The notes: generated from the sequence alone by a model not told the origin. Numbered from the stretch's first letter, positions 40,938 to 54,387 are shown. The stretch: DNA of 64,000 bases from Geopsychrobacteraceae bacterium (GCA_963676795.2 CAXXTB010000001.1:960001-1024000), one strand, 5' to 3'. A program made the numbers and translations.

Positions 40938-41657
40938 TTAATGCTCAATCCAGTTCATGAATTGTTTGCGCGACTCTGCATCCGCCTGTTGCCACCAGAA
41001 CTTCAGCATCTGTACCGACATGCTGGTTGCCTCGGCTTGCTGAGACGATGTCATCTCTGGAGCAACCAACTCGACAGAGGCTGACATTTCAGGTCGTGGA
41101 GCCGTAGTCGTTGTACTCTGAGCGGTTCTTGCCTGCCATGTCTCGGTTCTGACGGGAGGAACCGCTGCAGGAGAATCGGTCTTGTTGAAGCTTTCCAACT
41201 CGCGTGCAAAATCCCGAAAAATCGCAAAACCTTTTGAGTCCAGGCGCTCGAATTCAAAATCAACAGGCGTCCCCCTGTCGGTCAGAATTTTGATATCCGG
41301 CTTTTTGTCGAATTGTGCAACATCAAAATCCTCCCTGAACGCAGGCATAATGAGCCGTAATGTCTGATCCGCAGCCTCAAACTTGATGACATAAGCTGCC
41401 GACTGAACCTTGTCCGGGAAGGCCGTATTGTCGTCGGATGAATACAGCAATCCTTCATAACGGATAACCAGCTGACTTACCCCGTTTGGCAGATTGGCGT
41501 TTTTCTCCATTGTGATATTCTCACCATTTAAGGCAAGCACATCGACATCTTCTGGAAGGGCTAAGCGTACATCTGCGCAGGCTGATGAAGCCATCAGAAG
41601 GACAGCGGTCAGAAAGGACAGGCATGAACATACTGCGCAGTTGAAAAAAAACCTCAT
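40938..41657 (-). CDS. Exported DUF2057 (YccT-like) protein
   Basis: Signal peptide, LALNGE...GVSQLVIRY, C-terminal MLKFWWQQADAESRKQFMNW. Confidence 0.8.
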   Translation of the reverse strand: MRFFFNCAVCSCLSFLTAVLLMASSACADVRLALPEDVDVLALNGENITMEKNANLPNGVSQLVIRYEGLLYSSDDNTAFPDKVQSAAYVIKFEAADQTLRLIMPAFREDFDVAQFDKKPDIKILTDRGTPVDFEFERLDSKGFAIFRDFARELESFNKTDSPAAVPPVRTETWQARTAQSTTTTAPRPEMSASVELVAPEMTSSQQAEATSMSVQMLKFWWQQADAESRKQFMNWIEH

Positions 41658-41801
41658 AATGACTGTACTCCCTTCGAAAATGTAAATGACAGATGTCGCG
41701 TCTAGACTATAAAAGCCTTCTCAGTTCACTTTCGCATTTAAACTTTCATCAAATATATGAACTATAATCTGTACTGATATTATTTGGATGACAATTAAAA
41801 T

Positions 41802-41838
41802 AAACCGCCCCTCCAGATTTATTTCGGAGGGGCGGTTT
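41802..41838 (-). terminator. Terminator after the porin gene
   Basis: aaaccgcccctcc...ggaggggcggttt with A/T flanks. Confidence 0.75.
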
Positions 41839-41896
41839 TGCTTGCTGCCCTCGCCCCAGTAGTTTCTGGAGAGAGGGCGACTGTTACGCTAACCTC

Positions 41897-42874
41897 TTAG
41901 AATCTGAAACGCAGACCAAGCATATAACCTGGGTCAACATCTTCAATGTCACTATCCTGTGCTTCGGCGATAACCCAAGCTTTGGTCTTGGGAATATGGT
42001 AAACGATACTGGTACTCCAACCATTTACATCGTCTTCCGCATCGTCTTCATAGGTTACGTTGAGGTAAGATGCTTTGAAGGTCCAGTCTTTGTAAGGGAC
42101 AACCACGGCTCCGACAATGAACTCGCCACCGTAATCATCGTTGTCTTCAGCTTCAGCGGTACTGTACTCAGCAAGCAGTTTAACGACTTTGAAATCATAG
42201 CTGGCATTGATGCCCATGGCAGTAATATCGCCATTGGTATCGTGATCGATTACCTGATAGGCGGCGGCGACGCTCCAGGCATCCTTGGCCGCAGTAATAG
42301 ACGCATCCCAGTAAGGACCATATTTGTCAGTTGAATCTGTCTTGTCTTCCAGTTCCACTTCAGCTCTAAAAGTCAGAAAACCTGCAATCTTTTTGGCTTC
42401 AAAGGAGATCAGATCATCGCCTTTACATGCGCCCCACAGGTCGATACCGGAGTAGCGACCGATGGAGTCATCGGTTTCATAGCGAATGCCAGGTCCGAGT
42501 TGCCACATATCCATAGCGTTCAGGTAGGTGCCGAAATAGACTTTGTAATTTTTATAACCAACTTCCAGACGGGCTTCTTCAAACTGCATGTCTGTTGTAC
42601 CAGAAGCATCTGCCGCCTTGTCTCCGGCGAGGTCAACACGACCACCGAGCCAGATGTCTTCCGTCACCTGGTATTTGGCGTAGTTTTTCAGTTCCAGGTC
42701 GTCGTAGTCCATGGCGAAATCTTCGTCATCACCAGCGGCCTGACGAAACTGGATCTGCCAGTCGCCGTCCAGTTTGTAGCTGAAGTTCCCCTTCTCATAC
42801 AGGGTAAACGCCTGTGCAGGCATTGTCATTGCGAACAACACAACTGCACACAAAACACCAACAATTGCTCTCAT
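41897..42874 (-). CDS. Outer-membrane porin (beta-barrel)
   Basis: Signal peptide ending AQA, amphipathic beta strands, C-terminal YMLGLRFRF. Confidence 0.85.
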   Translation of the reverse strand: MRAIVGVLCAVVLFAMTMPAQAFTLYEKGNFSYKLDGDWQIQFRQAAGDDEDFAMDYDDLELKNYAKYQVTEDIWLGGRVDLAGDKAADASGTTDMQFEEARLEVGYKNYKVYFGTYLNAMDMWQLGPGIRYETDDSIGRYSGIDLWGACKGDDLISFEAKKIAGFLTFRAEVELEDKTDSTDKYGPYWDASITAAKDAWSVAAAYQVIDHDTNGDITAMGINASYDFKVVKLLAEYSTAEAEDNDDYGGEFIVGAVVVPYKDWTFKASYLNVTYEDDAEDDVNGWSTSIVYHIPKTKAWVIAEAQDSDIEDVDPGYMLGLRFRF

Positions 42875-43233
42875 CGTACGTACCTCCCCTTTAAGGTCAC
42901 GATACAGCCGGCATTGGTAACCTATTTACCAAACCTGCTGCCTCCTTGAATGCATGAATCTCTATGACGACGGAACCATTAAGGCCCCGTTGGTATCAAT
43001 TCAGGCGTTTCGCGGGGAGGCTTGACGGGTTACAAAAGCTCAAGGCAAGGTCGATTTATCGTGCAGGACGGTTGCGTTTCACGCCTTTGTCCTTGATCAA
43101 TCTGCCAGGTCAGGTGATCTTCCGGACCCGTAAAAAGCCGGTGGGACGATCTAACAAGAACCCCCATATGTCGTTAATTTTCTGAAATTATTGCCTTTCT
43201 GGCTAAGCCTAGTAGACTACTCATATATTGATA

Positions 43234-43310
43234 TGTTTTGTCAGATAGTATTGTCTAAAGAACTATTGGTCAAATGAATGATTTTTATGCTTACTATTAG
43301 ATTTTCTAAT
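43234..43310 (-). promoter_or_regulatory. Shared operator/promoter, copy 2 (porin)
   Basis: Minus strand: ataaaaatcattcat-TTGACC-N17-TACTAT-ctgacaaaaca. Confidence 0.75.
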
Positions 43311-43541
43311 TATGGAGGGGGAATGCCAACCGGGCCGGGAAACGCCCGTTTTGTTCTTTTTCCTTCAGCAGGCTTAGAGGGGGGGCAGGATGGGCTGCAT
43401 AAATAATTGATTATCCATTCTTGGTGAACCTGACGAACTATCAAACCCGACCAGAATCCTGTGACGGGATGTGTCTAAGAGGTGTTGGGGCCCTTCGCTC
43501 GATTTATTACCGGCATACTATCAGTTTTTTTAAACTTGATC

Positions 43542-43585
43542 ATGAAAAGCATTCATTTGATTTATGTTTGACCGAATGGTAGCCT
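43542..43585 (+). promoter_or_regulatory. Shared operator/promoter, copy 3 (tct operon)
   Basis: atgaaaagcattcat-TTGATT-N17-(TGg)TAGCCT. Confidence 0.65.
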
Positions 43586-43818
43586 CTAGGCTGTAAATTA
43601 AGCTGCTGTTTTTAAATGAATATTCAGTAATTTTCAACCAGGCCGCTTGCAGAGTTTATTCTCTGCGAATGACGCAGTTTATTGATTGACTTATTGATAT
43701 TCATCGGTTCGTTTGATGACTCTATCGATGCGCATGGGGCAGCGAAGAAAAAATATATTCAAGTACGCCTGTAATCCACCAATTACGGAAGGTCCTCATT
43801 TTAACAAAGGAGTTTGTT

Positions 43819-44808
43819 ATGAGAAGAACGCTGATTTGGCTGGTTATTTGTGCAACATTCCTGGTCTTTTCATCCGGCACCTGTTTCGCGCAGGATGCGT
43901 CATCCTTCTACAAGGGGAAGACCATTCTTGTTCTGATCCCTTCGGGGCCTGGCAGCGGTTTTGACCTGGTCTCCCGCGCTATCGCGCCCTATCTGGAAAA
44001 ATACACCGGGGCCAAGACGCTGCTGCAGAACGGCAAGGTCGGCCTGTCTCAGAACAAACTCTACAGAAGCAAGCCGGATGGGCTGACGGTTATCCTCTCC
44101 GGTCATGGAGCCAAGGAAATCACCGCCGAACTGTTCAAACAGGCTGGGGCAAATTACAAGTGGAAGGAATTTACCCTGCTCGGGCGTCTGCCCAAGAGTT
44201 CGACCGTTCTGGTTGTCGACAAGAGCAAAGGCTGGACAACAACAACCGACTTGCAAGGGGTACAATTTTTCTCAGGCGCCAGTTCTCCTTTCTTCGGTCC
44301 ATTATTCGCCGAGGCCTGTGGCCTTGATCAGATGGAGATTATTCCGGGGATGAAGGGGAGCGAAAGACGCCTGGCCATCCGCCGCGGTGAAATTCAGGCA
44401 ACAGTTGCCGGTATTGGCGAGCTTGCCGGGAACGAGGATATCATGCAGCCGATCGTTATGACCAACAGGGACGCCAAGCTGCCGGACGTGCCTTCCGCAC
44501 TGGACGTTGCCGTCAAGGGGAAGGAAAAGTGGGCAAGATGGGTTGCCGCCTGGGATGACGTCATCTACTGGTCCTATGCGACCCCGGGGATTCCACAGGA
44601 GCGGGCCGCTTACCTGGAGCAGGCTCTGGAAAAAACCTATAACGATCCTGAGTTCAGGGCTGAACTGGAAAAGCTGCATTTTGAGTTGTCCGAGCATTTC
44701 GTCGGCGCCAAGGAGCTGAAAGAACTGTCCAGGGGACTGGCCGATCTGACCGATGATGAAATTGCCGAAATGAAATACGTCATCAACGAGAAGTATCAGA
44801 AAAAATAA
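43819..44808 (+). CDS. tctC: Tripartite tricarboxylate transporter substrate-binding protein (Bug/TctC)
   Basis: FYKGKTI..LIP..PGSGFDL..R, KPDGLT, AIRRGE, LPDVPS. Confidence 0.88.
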   Translation: MRRTLIWLVICATFLVFSSGTCFAQDASSFYKGKTILVLIPSGPGSGFDLVSRAIAPYLEKYTGAKTLLQNGKVGLSQNKLYRSKPDGLTVILSGHGAKEITAELFKQAGANYKWKEFTLLGRLPKSSTVLVVDKSKGWTTTTDLQGVQFFSGASSPFFGPLFAEACGLDQMEIIPGMKGSERRLAIRRGEIQATVAGIGELAGNEDIMQPIVMTNRDAKLPDVPSALDVAVKGKEKWARWVAAWDDVIYWSYATPGIPQERAAYLEQALEKTYNDPEFRAELEKLHFELSEHFVGAKELKELSRGLADLTDDEIAEMKYVINEKYQKK

Positions 44809-44949
44809 CGGCAGGACTTCCCCTGCTCAAAGTCATGAACGAACGTTTCCTGACTTTGAGCAGGGTTGAATGCAGAACATGAATCAGCGCGAGGAACGAT
44901 CCAGGAAAACGGCAGGTTGTTCGGAATACCGTTAATCAGGAGAAGTACT

Positions 44950-46425
44950 ATGCTTGAAGCTGCAATGAGTGGTTTGCTGCAACTCTGTACCCCCTATTAT
45001 TTCCTGCTGTTCATGGTCGGAATCCTGATCGGTATTGGGGTCGGGATTATCCCCGGCATCGGCGGCACCGTCGCCCTGGCCCTGGTTCTTCCCTTTGTTA
45101 TCAAGCTGGATGCGGGAGCGGCGCTGCCCTTTCTGATGGGGATGGTTTCGCCGATTCTGACCTCTGACTCGATACCGGCCATTCTGATCGGTTCGCCCGG
45201 CTCACCGAGCGCGGCGGCGACGATGATGGATGGCTACCCCCTGGCCAAAAAAGGCGAAGCGGGGCGCGCGCTGGCGGCCGCTTTTGTCTCTTCGGCGCTC
45301 GGCGGTGTTTTCGGCGCCTTTCTGATCGCCATCTGTATCCCGATTTTGAAACCTCTGGTTCTGCTGCTACAGACTCCGGAATTCCTGGCACTCTGTGTGT
45401 TGGCTATCTCCGCCGTGGCGGTGCTCAGCAGCGGGAGCATTATCAAGGGGATCGCGGCGGCGGGTATCGGCATCCTGCTCGCCATGATCGGGGAAGACCC
45501 GATCCGCTTTGTCGTCCGCTGGAATTTCGGTTCCGAATATCTGATCGAACGGATCAATATCATCCCGGTCGCTCTCGGATTGTTCGCGATCCCGGAGATC
45601 CTTGAGCTGAGCGCCAGGGGCACCTCTGTTGCCAGGATTCAGGTGGGCTCGATGAAGGGCCGTTCCGACGGCATGAAAGACGTCCTCAAAAACTGGAAGC
45701 TGGTCCTCAGTTCCTCCGGAATCGCCGCCTTTATCGGCTTTCTTCCGGGCCTTGGCAGTACGGTTTCGACCTGGTTGTGCTACACCTGGACCGTGGTTAT
45801 CAGTAAAAACAAGGAAAATTTCGGCAAGGGGGATGTGCGTGGCGTCATCGGCGCCGAATCCGCCAGTAACGCCAGTGCCGCCGGGTCTCTGATCCCGACG
45901 CTGGCCTTCGGCGTGCCGGGCTCGGCGATGACCGCCCTGATGCTGGTGGTCTTCTGGGCGGTCGGCATATCACCCGGGCCCAAACTGCTGACCGAACATG
46001 TTGATATGGTCTTCCTGATCATCTGGTCGGTGGCCATTGCCAATATCATCGGCACCTTTATCTGTTACCGGCTCACCAACAAGCTGGCCATGGTCACCGC
46101 CATTCCTCCGCATATCCTCGCGCCGTTGGCCTTGACCATCGTGTTGACGGGGACCCTCTACAGCACCTCCGATGTCCGCGGCATCGTCACGCTGATCGGC
46201 TTCGGCCTGCTCGGCTGGTTGATGAAATCGTTGGGCTGGTCGCGCCCCGCGCTGCTGCTGGCGTTTATCCTCGGGCCGTTGATCGAGACCTTCTACTTTC
46301 ACACGACCATGATGTACGGCAATAGCTGGCTGTTGCGACCGTCGGTCATCTTTATCCTCATCTGCGCTTGTGGCCTGATCTACATGGGGATTTACCTGGA
46401 AAAGAAAGCCGGGCAGAGGAGTTGA
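44950..46425 (+). CDS. tctA: TTT large permease
   Basis: GIIPGIG, PAILIGSPGS, DGYPLAKKGEAG, ESASNA, TLAFGVPG, PGP. Confidence 0.93.
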   Translation: MLEAAMSGLLQLCTPYYFLLFMVGILIGIGVGIIPGIGGTVALALVLPFVIKLDAGAALPFLMGMVSPILTSDSIPAILIGSPGSPSAAATMMDGYPLAKKGEAGRALAAAFVSSALGGVFGAFLIAICIPILKPLVLLLQTPEFLALCVLAISAVAVLSSGSIIKGIAAAGIGILLAMIGEDPIRFVVRWNFGSEYLIERINIIPVALGLFAIPEILELSARGTSVARIQVGSMKGRSDGMKDVLKNWKLVLSSSGIAAFIGFLPGLGSTVSTWLCYTWTVVISKNKENFGKGDVRGVIGAESASNASAAGSLIPTLAFGVPGSAMTALMLVVFWAVGISPGPKLLTEHVDMVFLIIWSVAIANIIGTFICYRLTNKLAMVTAIPPHILAPLALTIVLTGTLYSTSDVRGIVTLIGFGLLGWLMKSLGWSRPALLLAFILGPLIETFYFHTTMMYGNSWLLRPSVIFILICACGLIYMGIYLEKKAGQRS

Positions 46426-46427
46426 TT

Positions 46428-46949
46428 ATGAGACAGGTCATGCAATTTGGCTTTACCCTGGCGTGTATCATTGTTCTTGCTGTCTGTCTCTTTGTCGCGC
46501 AGGGGTGGAATTCGACGACCGCCTTATTTCCGCGTGTCATCGGTTATCCGATCCTGGTGCTGCTGATCGTCATTCTGGTCATGGACATAGTCAAAGAGCG
46601 TCGCCTGGTACAAGAGGACAAGAGCGAGCAGGATGCGGCGTTCAAAAAGTTCAACCTCAACATGATCAAGTATTTCGGCTGGCTGATAGGTTTTGTCGTG
46701 CTGATGTGGCTGGTCGGCATTGTCTACACGGTGCCTGTCTTCATCTTCAGCTACATGAAGCGCGAAGGGCGTTACACCTGGCTGGCGAGCCTCTCTTCTG
46801 CCGTGGCCATGACGGTTTTCATTGTTGTTTTCTTTCAGTACCTTTTCAAGGTCGCCTGGCCGGAAGGGGTTCTTTTTACCTGGCATGAGGATTCTACGTT
46901 CTTCGCCCTGTTCAGGTTGAGGGAGTTTTTCAGCTCACTATTAAGTTGA
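46428..46949 (+). CDS. tctB: TTT small permease
   Basis: About 4-5 TM helices, LFPRV, F..LFKVAWPEG; directly after tctA. Confidence 0.85.
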   Translation: MRQVMQFGFTLACIIVLAVCLFVAQGWNSTTALFPRVIGYPILVLLIVILVMDIVKERRLVQEDKSEQDAAFKKFNLNMIKYFGWLIGFVVLMWLVGIVYTVPVFIFSYMKREGRYTWLASLSSAVAMTVFIVVFFQYLFKVAWPEGVLFTWHEDSTFFALFRLREFFSSLLS

Positions 46950-47089
46950 AGATGCCGCTCATAAGCGTCGTTTCTCCTGCTAAGCCTGAACTGCTGTCAC
47001 TGATCGTGGGAGCGGTGTAGGTGTCTTTGGGCAGGACTGGTTTTCCCGGGATGAACAGTTTTGATACCCCTTGAAGGAGGAGAGCGCTG

Positions 47090-48160
47090 ATGGTCAGACC
47101 GAGAATTTTTATTTTTGCTCCCGTGCACAGGATGGGGGCCTCCGAAAACGCTTACGACAATCTGGAGGACGCGTGCGAGGTCGTCTACGGTAACGCGTCA
47201 TGGCAAACGCCGATGGGCGACAATGAAACGGAAATGTGCAACATGGCACAGGGCGCTCAGGCGCTGACCGGCGGTTCGATCAAGAGCAGTCCGATTACCG
47301 GCGCGATCATGGACAGTGCTCCTGACCTGCGCATTATCGCCAAATGTTCAATCGGGGTTGATGATGTCGATGTCGCTGCGGCCACAGAGCGGGGGATTCT
47401 GGTCACCCACAGCCCGACTGAATCGAACTGGTCCGGGGTCGCCGAAGGAACCTTCGCCTTTATGCTCGCTTTGCTTAAAAAAATCCGTGAACGGGACGAG
47501 TTTGTCAAACGAGGAGACTGGCGGCATCCCTCCCTGCAGGGCCGGTCGGTCAGCAGGCATCAGGAAGGTTACGCGGGGCTTACTATCGGCATCGTCGGTC
47601 TTGGGCGGATTGGACGGCGTTTTGCCGATTTACTCGCTCCGTGGCGGGTCCGGATTCTTGCCTGTGACCCCTACGTCGAACTGTCGCGCTTTATTATGCA
47701 CAATGCGGAGCGGGTGGATCTCCAGACGTTGATCAGGGAGTCCGATGTCGTCAGCCTCCATGTCACCCTCTCGGAGGAAACCCGTCATATGTTCGGGCCT
47801 GAAGAGTTTTCCCTGATGAAGACGGATGCGATCCTCATCAATACGGCACGTGGCCCGGTGGTCAATAGCGAAGCGCTGATCGCTGCATTGGAAAATGAAC
47901 AGCTGGCCGCCGCCGGACTGGATACCTTCGAGAATGAGCCTCTGCCTGAGCATTCACCGCTGCTCGGGTTGGGGCATAAAGTCCTGTTGTCTCCGCACAT
48001 GGCGTCATCAAACCTGGATGGCGGGCTGAGACAGGGAATTATCTGGGCCAACACGGCCGTCTTGACGGCTCTTCGGGGAGTCGTTCCTGACCATGTTTAC
48101 AACAAGGACGTTATCCCTCGCTGGCTGGAACGCTTCGGGGGACGAGTAGCGTCGCACTAA
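47090..48160 (+). CDS. D-isomer-specific 2-hydroxyacid dehydrogenase (SerA/GhrB-like)
   Basis: GIVGLGRIG, DVVSLHV, INTARG, LDTFENEP, SPHMA. Confidence 0.93.
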   Translation: MVRPRIFIFAPVHRMGASENAYDNLEDACEVVYGNASWQTPMGDNETEMCNMAQGAQALTGGSIKSSPITGAIMDSAPDLRIIAKCSIGVDDVDVAAATERGILVTHSPTESNWSGVAEGTFAFMLALLKKIRERDEFVKRGDWRHPSLQGRSVSRHQEGYAGLTIGIVGLGRIGRRFADLLAPWRVRILACDPYVELSRFIMHNAERVDLQTLIRESDVVSLHVTLSEETRHMFGPEEFSLMKTDAILINTARGPVVNSEALIAALENEQLAAAGLDTFENEPLPEHSPLLGLGHKVLLSPHMASSNLDGGLRQGIIWANTAVLTALRGVVPDHVYNKDVIPRWLERFGGRVASH

Positions 48161-48302
48161 AAGGTGTGGCGTGACCACACGCGGTTGATTCTCGGGATCA
48201 TTGAAAGGATTCCTGTTGCAGATATTTACCAATAGAAAGGGGGATACCGGTTTTTCAGTATATTTGAGATTTGTCAACGATGACTAAAAAGGAGATGCGA
48301 AC

Positions 48303-49832
48303 ATGAAAAAGATTTTAATTGCGTTATTCGTAGCTTTTTCAATGGCAGTTGTCTCTACCGTAGCCATTGCCGCAGCGGACCAGCCTCATTCTGGTGGTGA
48401 TATGACCATACTGATCACCCGCCCGGCAACCAACTTCGGCTACCCCCCAAAGGTACATGGACCAAGCCAGGACTATGTGCCGCCGATGTTCAACCGTTTA
48501 CTTGCTATTGCTGATGATGGTGAGATATCCCCCGACCTGGCCACCTCATGGGAGGTGTCCGCAGACGGAAAGACCTACACTCTCAAGTTGAGAAAAGGGG
48601 TTAAATTCCACGACGGGACAGCATTTAACGCTCAGGCCGCCAAGGCCAATCTGGTCAATCTGATGCCCCCTAAGGGAATCGTACTTGAGGGAATCGAGAG
48701 TATCGACGCTGTTGACGATGACACGCTCAAAATCAATCTTACCAAACCAAACAATCTGATCCTTTATCAACTCGCAGCCAATATTGCGACCTTTATGTAC
48801 TCACCAACAGCCCTGGAGGCTCATGACGTTGACTGGGCCATGGCGAACCCGGTGGGGACCGGTCCCTTCATGATGAAGGAGTACCAGTCCAAGGACTACA
48901 TGCTGCTTGAAAGAAACCCGGATTACTGGGACAAGGGACTACCTTACCTTGACAGAATCCGGATCAATACCCTGACCGACGGTATGACCCAGATGATGAC
49001 GTTCAAGGCTGGGCAAGCCAACGGTATTTATGATGTCGTTCCTGCCATCGCCGCCCAGTTGAAGGATGCCGGATATGACCTGCTGGTTGCTCCCGGGTCG
49101 CTCTATTCACTGAGCTTCGATGCGAAGGGCTCGAAATACCTGTCGAACCCTAAAGTCCGCAAAGCGATTGAATACGCAATCGACAAAGAAGCGATCTGTA
49201 ATGGTCCCGGACGTGGCCTGTACGAACCTGTCTACCAGGTCGTACCGACCAAAAACCCCGGTTACAATCCGAATCTCACACCACGTAAGTATGACCCGGA
49301 GATGGCCAAGAAATTACTTGCTGAAGCCGGTTTTCCCAACGGTTTTACCTTTAATGCCTATTTCCAGTCTCATACCTGGAGAGACGGTATCGCTGCCGTT
49401 AAAAGCTACCTGAGTATGGTTGGCATCGATATGGAGATCAACTATCTGACCTCGGCAGCCTATTCAAAAATCAGATCGGCCGGCGAGATCGAGAAAGGTG
49501 GGGCCGCCCAGGCCACTTTCAATACATTTGCCAACAGCCTGTTGATGATGGATTTCTATTGGCGTTCCGATGCTAAAATCTATCAGTACATTTCCAGACC
49601 TGCCGGAACGGATGACATGGTGAACAAGGGGCAGCTTGTTAAAACCTCCGCTGAATCGAACAAGGCTGTTCAGCAGATAACCAAGCTGATTTACGAGGAT
49701 GCGACCGTGGTGCCTCTCTGGTTGAATCCAAGGATCGGTATCGTTGACAAATCGGTTGGGGATATCGGCTGGTTTATTGCCAACGACTCGAGTCAGAACA
49801 AACTTGGCCATAAGACCTGGATCAAGAAATAA
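48303..49832 (+). CDS. ABC transporter substrate-binding protein, family 5 (DppA/OppA-like)
   Basis: PDLATSWE, LRKGVKFHDGT.FNA, PVGTGPF, VRKAI.YAID, YDPEMAKKLLAEAG. Confidence 0.93.
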   Translation: MKKILIALFVAFSMAVVSTVAIAAADQPHSGGDMTILITRPATNFGYPPKVHGPSQDYVPPMFNRLLAIADDGEISPDLATSWEVSADGKTYTLKLRKGVKFHDGTAFNAQAAKANLVNLMPPKGIVLEGIESIDAVDDDTLKINLTKPNNLILYQLAANIATFMYSPTALEAHDVDWAMANPVGTGPFMMKEYQSKDYMLLERNPDYWDKGLPYLDRIRINTLTDGMTQMMTFKAGQANGIYDVVPAIAAQLKDAGYDLLVAPGSLYSLSFDAKGSKYLSNPKVRKAIEYAIDKEAICNGPGRGLYEPVYQVVPTKNPGYNPNLTPRKYDPEMAKKLLAEAGFPNGFTFNAYFQSHTWRDGIAAVKSYLSMVGIDMEINYLTSAAYSKIRSAGEIEKGGAAQATFNTFANSLLMMDFYWRSDAKIYQYISRPAGTDDMVNKGQLVKTSAESNKAVQQITKLIYEDATVVPLWLNPRIGIVDKSVGDIGWFIANDSSQNKLGHKTWIKK

Positions 49833-49837
49833 TATTT

Positions 49838-49878
49838 ATACCGGGCAGGCCCCTGATGAACAGAGGGCTGCCCGGTAT
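49838..49878 (+). terminator. Hairpin after the SBP gene
   Basis: ataccgggcag...ctgcccggtat. Confidence 0.55.
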
Positions 49879-49955
49879 CATATGTTTGATTGCGAATGAT
49901 GGATTCTTGGGTTCATATTTGTATTATGTTCACAAGTGAAAAGCGGAGGATATCC

Positions 49956-50915
49956 TTGGAAATATTAAGTCGTTCGACCTGTCCCATGCCATTGCTTCCC
50001 GGTGAGGCCCTGTTGCCGCAAGTCGAAGCTGAACCATGGCTGAAGATCGATGACGGCGACGTCTTTCTCAAAGGGATTGCCTTTGATCGCGATGATAACC
50101 TGCTGTTGATGACAGCTCCGCTTGGTAACATCGACAAGAGTATGGCCGGGAGGCTCAATCGAAGTATCCTTTCAATCTCGCCTGAAAAGGCGATAAGAAC
50201 CTTGATTAATCATCCGACGGCCAGGATGTGCGATCACGCTGTTCATCAGGATGGCCGGATCCTTATTGCCTGTCTGAGCGGTGAACTGCTGGTTGCGAAT
50301 CCTGACGGGAGTGGATTAAGACCAATAGAATCCAGATGTCAGGACAAGCCGGTCAAGCTGAGCGATCTGACCTTTGATTCACGGGGCTACCTCTATGTCA
50401 CCGATTTCACAGGGCGTCCGGGAAGTCCGACCGGCGGAGTCTATCGCTGGGCACCCGACTTTCAGTCGGTGGAATCCTTGCTGCCAAACCTGATCACACC
50501 CAACGGCATCGCCTTTGCGCCCGATGACAAATCATTCTGGGTGAGCTGTTCACTGGCTAACGAAGTCATTTATGCGACCCTGAGCGGGGATCGCAACAGC
50601 GTAGAGAAGGCCGCTGTTCAATACCGTCTCTGTGGTCCTGCCGGAGGGGATGGCATCCGCGTCGATGTGCAAGGGAATATGTATCTGGCGGTCAACTTCC
50701 AGGGGCGGGTGCTGATTCTCAACCAGTATGGGATTCCTGTCGCCCATGTCCTGATGCCTGGTCGTGACAGGGGGGAATTAATGCAGACCACCAATGTCGT
50801 CTTCCGCCCGGGCTCAAACGAGGTCTATATCGCCGCGTCCGGCAAGCTTGGCGGCGCATGGATCTACAGATTTCAGGGACTCGCCGAGGGGCTGACGCTG
50901 TTTTCCCATAAATAG
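49956..50915 (+). CDS. SMP-30/gluconolactonase (Drp35-like) beta-propeller
   Basis: AEPWLKI, DLTFDSRG.LYVTD, PNGIAFAPD, DGIRVDVQGN; GGAGG RBS + TTG. Confidence 0.88.
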   Translation: MEILSRSTCPMPLLPGEALLPQVEAEPWLKIDDGDVFLKGIAFDRDDNLLLMTAPLGNIDKSMAGRLNRSILSISPEKAIRTLINHPTARMCDHAVHQDGRILIACLSGELLVANPDGSGLRPIESRCQDKPVKLSDLTFDSRGYLYVTDFTGRPGSPTGGVYRWAPDFQSVESLLPNLITPNGIAFAPDDKSFWVSCSLANEVIYATLSGDRNSVEKAAVQYRLCGPAGGDGIRVDVQGNMYLAVNFQGRVLILNQYGIPVAHVLMPGRDRGELMQTTNVVFRPGSNEVYIAASGKLGGAWIYRFQGLAEGLTLFSHK

Positions 50916-51035
50916 TTCTCCTCTCCGCCGGTAAGTTCGGGAGATGCTGTCCAGTCCGCTAGAGGGGCGCTCCTGTCTCGTTTCAAACCTTATGGCGTTT
51001 CGGCCAGATTGAAAACAGAATGAAACCCGGCGCGA

Positions 51036-52269
51036 TCAGTTCGTGTCCTGGATTCTGATTTTAGGAATATCCCTTACCGGTTTGGCGAAGCACATCAGGG
51101 CGATCAAAGACAGCAGGCCGACGACGCCGGAAAATTCAATGGCAACCGAGACGGAAAACAGATCGGCAATCGCGCCGAGGACAAAGCTGGCAAAAGGAAT
51201 CATCGCGCGGTCAACGAGGTAGATTGAGGTAATTCGGCCGCGCAGGCGATCCGGAGAGAGAATCTGGACCAGAGTATTGTTGTTGACGCGGAACAGCATC
51301 ATCGACAGACCGATGAACGGGACGAGCAGGAAGGCGATCCAAGGGACCCTGGCTTGAGAAAGCAGGATCAGAAAGCTGGTTGCGCTCGCTAGTGAGATGA
51401 TGCCGAGCCAGCCATTGCGCGTCGAGCCGCGCGAAGAGGCCAGTATCAGCGTCGCCAGAACCCCTCCAATGCCGAACGATGCCATCAGATAGCCGTAGGT
51501 GTTCGCTTCTGAGCGCAGCACGAGATCGGTGAATGCCGGCAATAACTGAGTAATGGGAATGACGAAGAACGACGGAATAAAGCTCAGGATGATCAGGGCG
51601 AAGAGCGACTTGTCGTTCCAGATGTAATGCCCTCCCTCGCGCAGACCTTTCAGGAGCGAGATCTCTGTTTTTGTCTCCGTGTCGCGATAGGGGGTCTTCA
51701 TCGGCAGGAGAATCACGACCAGAGACAGGAATAGTCCTGCCTGGAGCAGAAAGTTCCCTGCCGCTCCCAGGGTGACGATGAGGATTCCGCCCAGCGCAGG
51801 GCCAAGCACGCGACTGGTGTTGAACGCCAATGCGCTCAGGGCAATGGCATTGGGCATCCCCTCGCGTGGCACTGTATTGGCGATGAGCGCCTGGCTGACG
51901 GGCATAAAAATCGCTGATCCGCAGCCCATCAGCAGACTGAACAGGACGGCATGCCAGACCTGGACCCAGTCCATGGCCACAACGACGGCAAACAGAACCG
52001 CAATGACCGCCATCAGTGTCGTTGTGACCATGAGCAGGCGCCGCCGATCGATCTTGTCGGCCAGAACGCCGGAGAACGGGCCGATAAACAGGAAGGGGAG
52101 GGTCCATAGCCCCGCAGTGATGCCGACGATCGTGGCCGATCCGGACAGTTTCCAGACCAGCCAGGCAAGCGTTGTCTGCTGAACCCACAGGCCGCCACGG
52201 CCCAAAACGTTACTGATCCACAGATAGCGATAATTCTTATGGCGCAACGAGGCAAAGATGCTGTGCTCG

Positions 52270-52283
<14 letters not shown>
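51036..52283 (-). CDS. MFS transporter (EntS/MFS_3-like)
   Basis: GVLADKIDRRR, NAIAL...FNTSRVLGPALGG; overlaps the ATPase gene. Confidence 0.9.
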
Positions 52284-54339
<2,056 letters not shown>

Positions 54340-54387
54340 AATCTCTCCTTGCCTGTTGCCATGGCTGGGCTTTGGGGAGCAACGTGC

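Noticed and set aside
42875..43233. Riboswitch (e.g. c-di-GMP-I/GEMM) in the long porin leader
   Set aside because: No recognisable GEMM, cobalamin, TPP, FMN, SAM or glycine consensus; only weak hairpins.
51211..52188. 325-aa same-strand alternative-frame ORF within the MFS gene
   Set aside because: Arg/Pro/Gly-rich composition typical of an off-frame read of GC-rich coding DNA.
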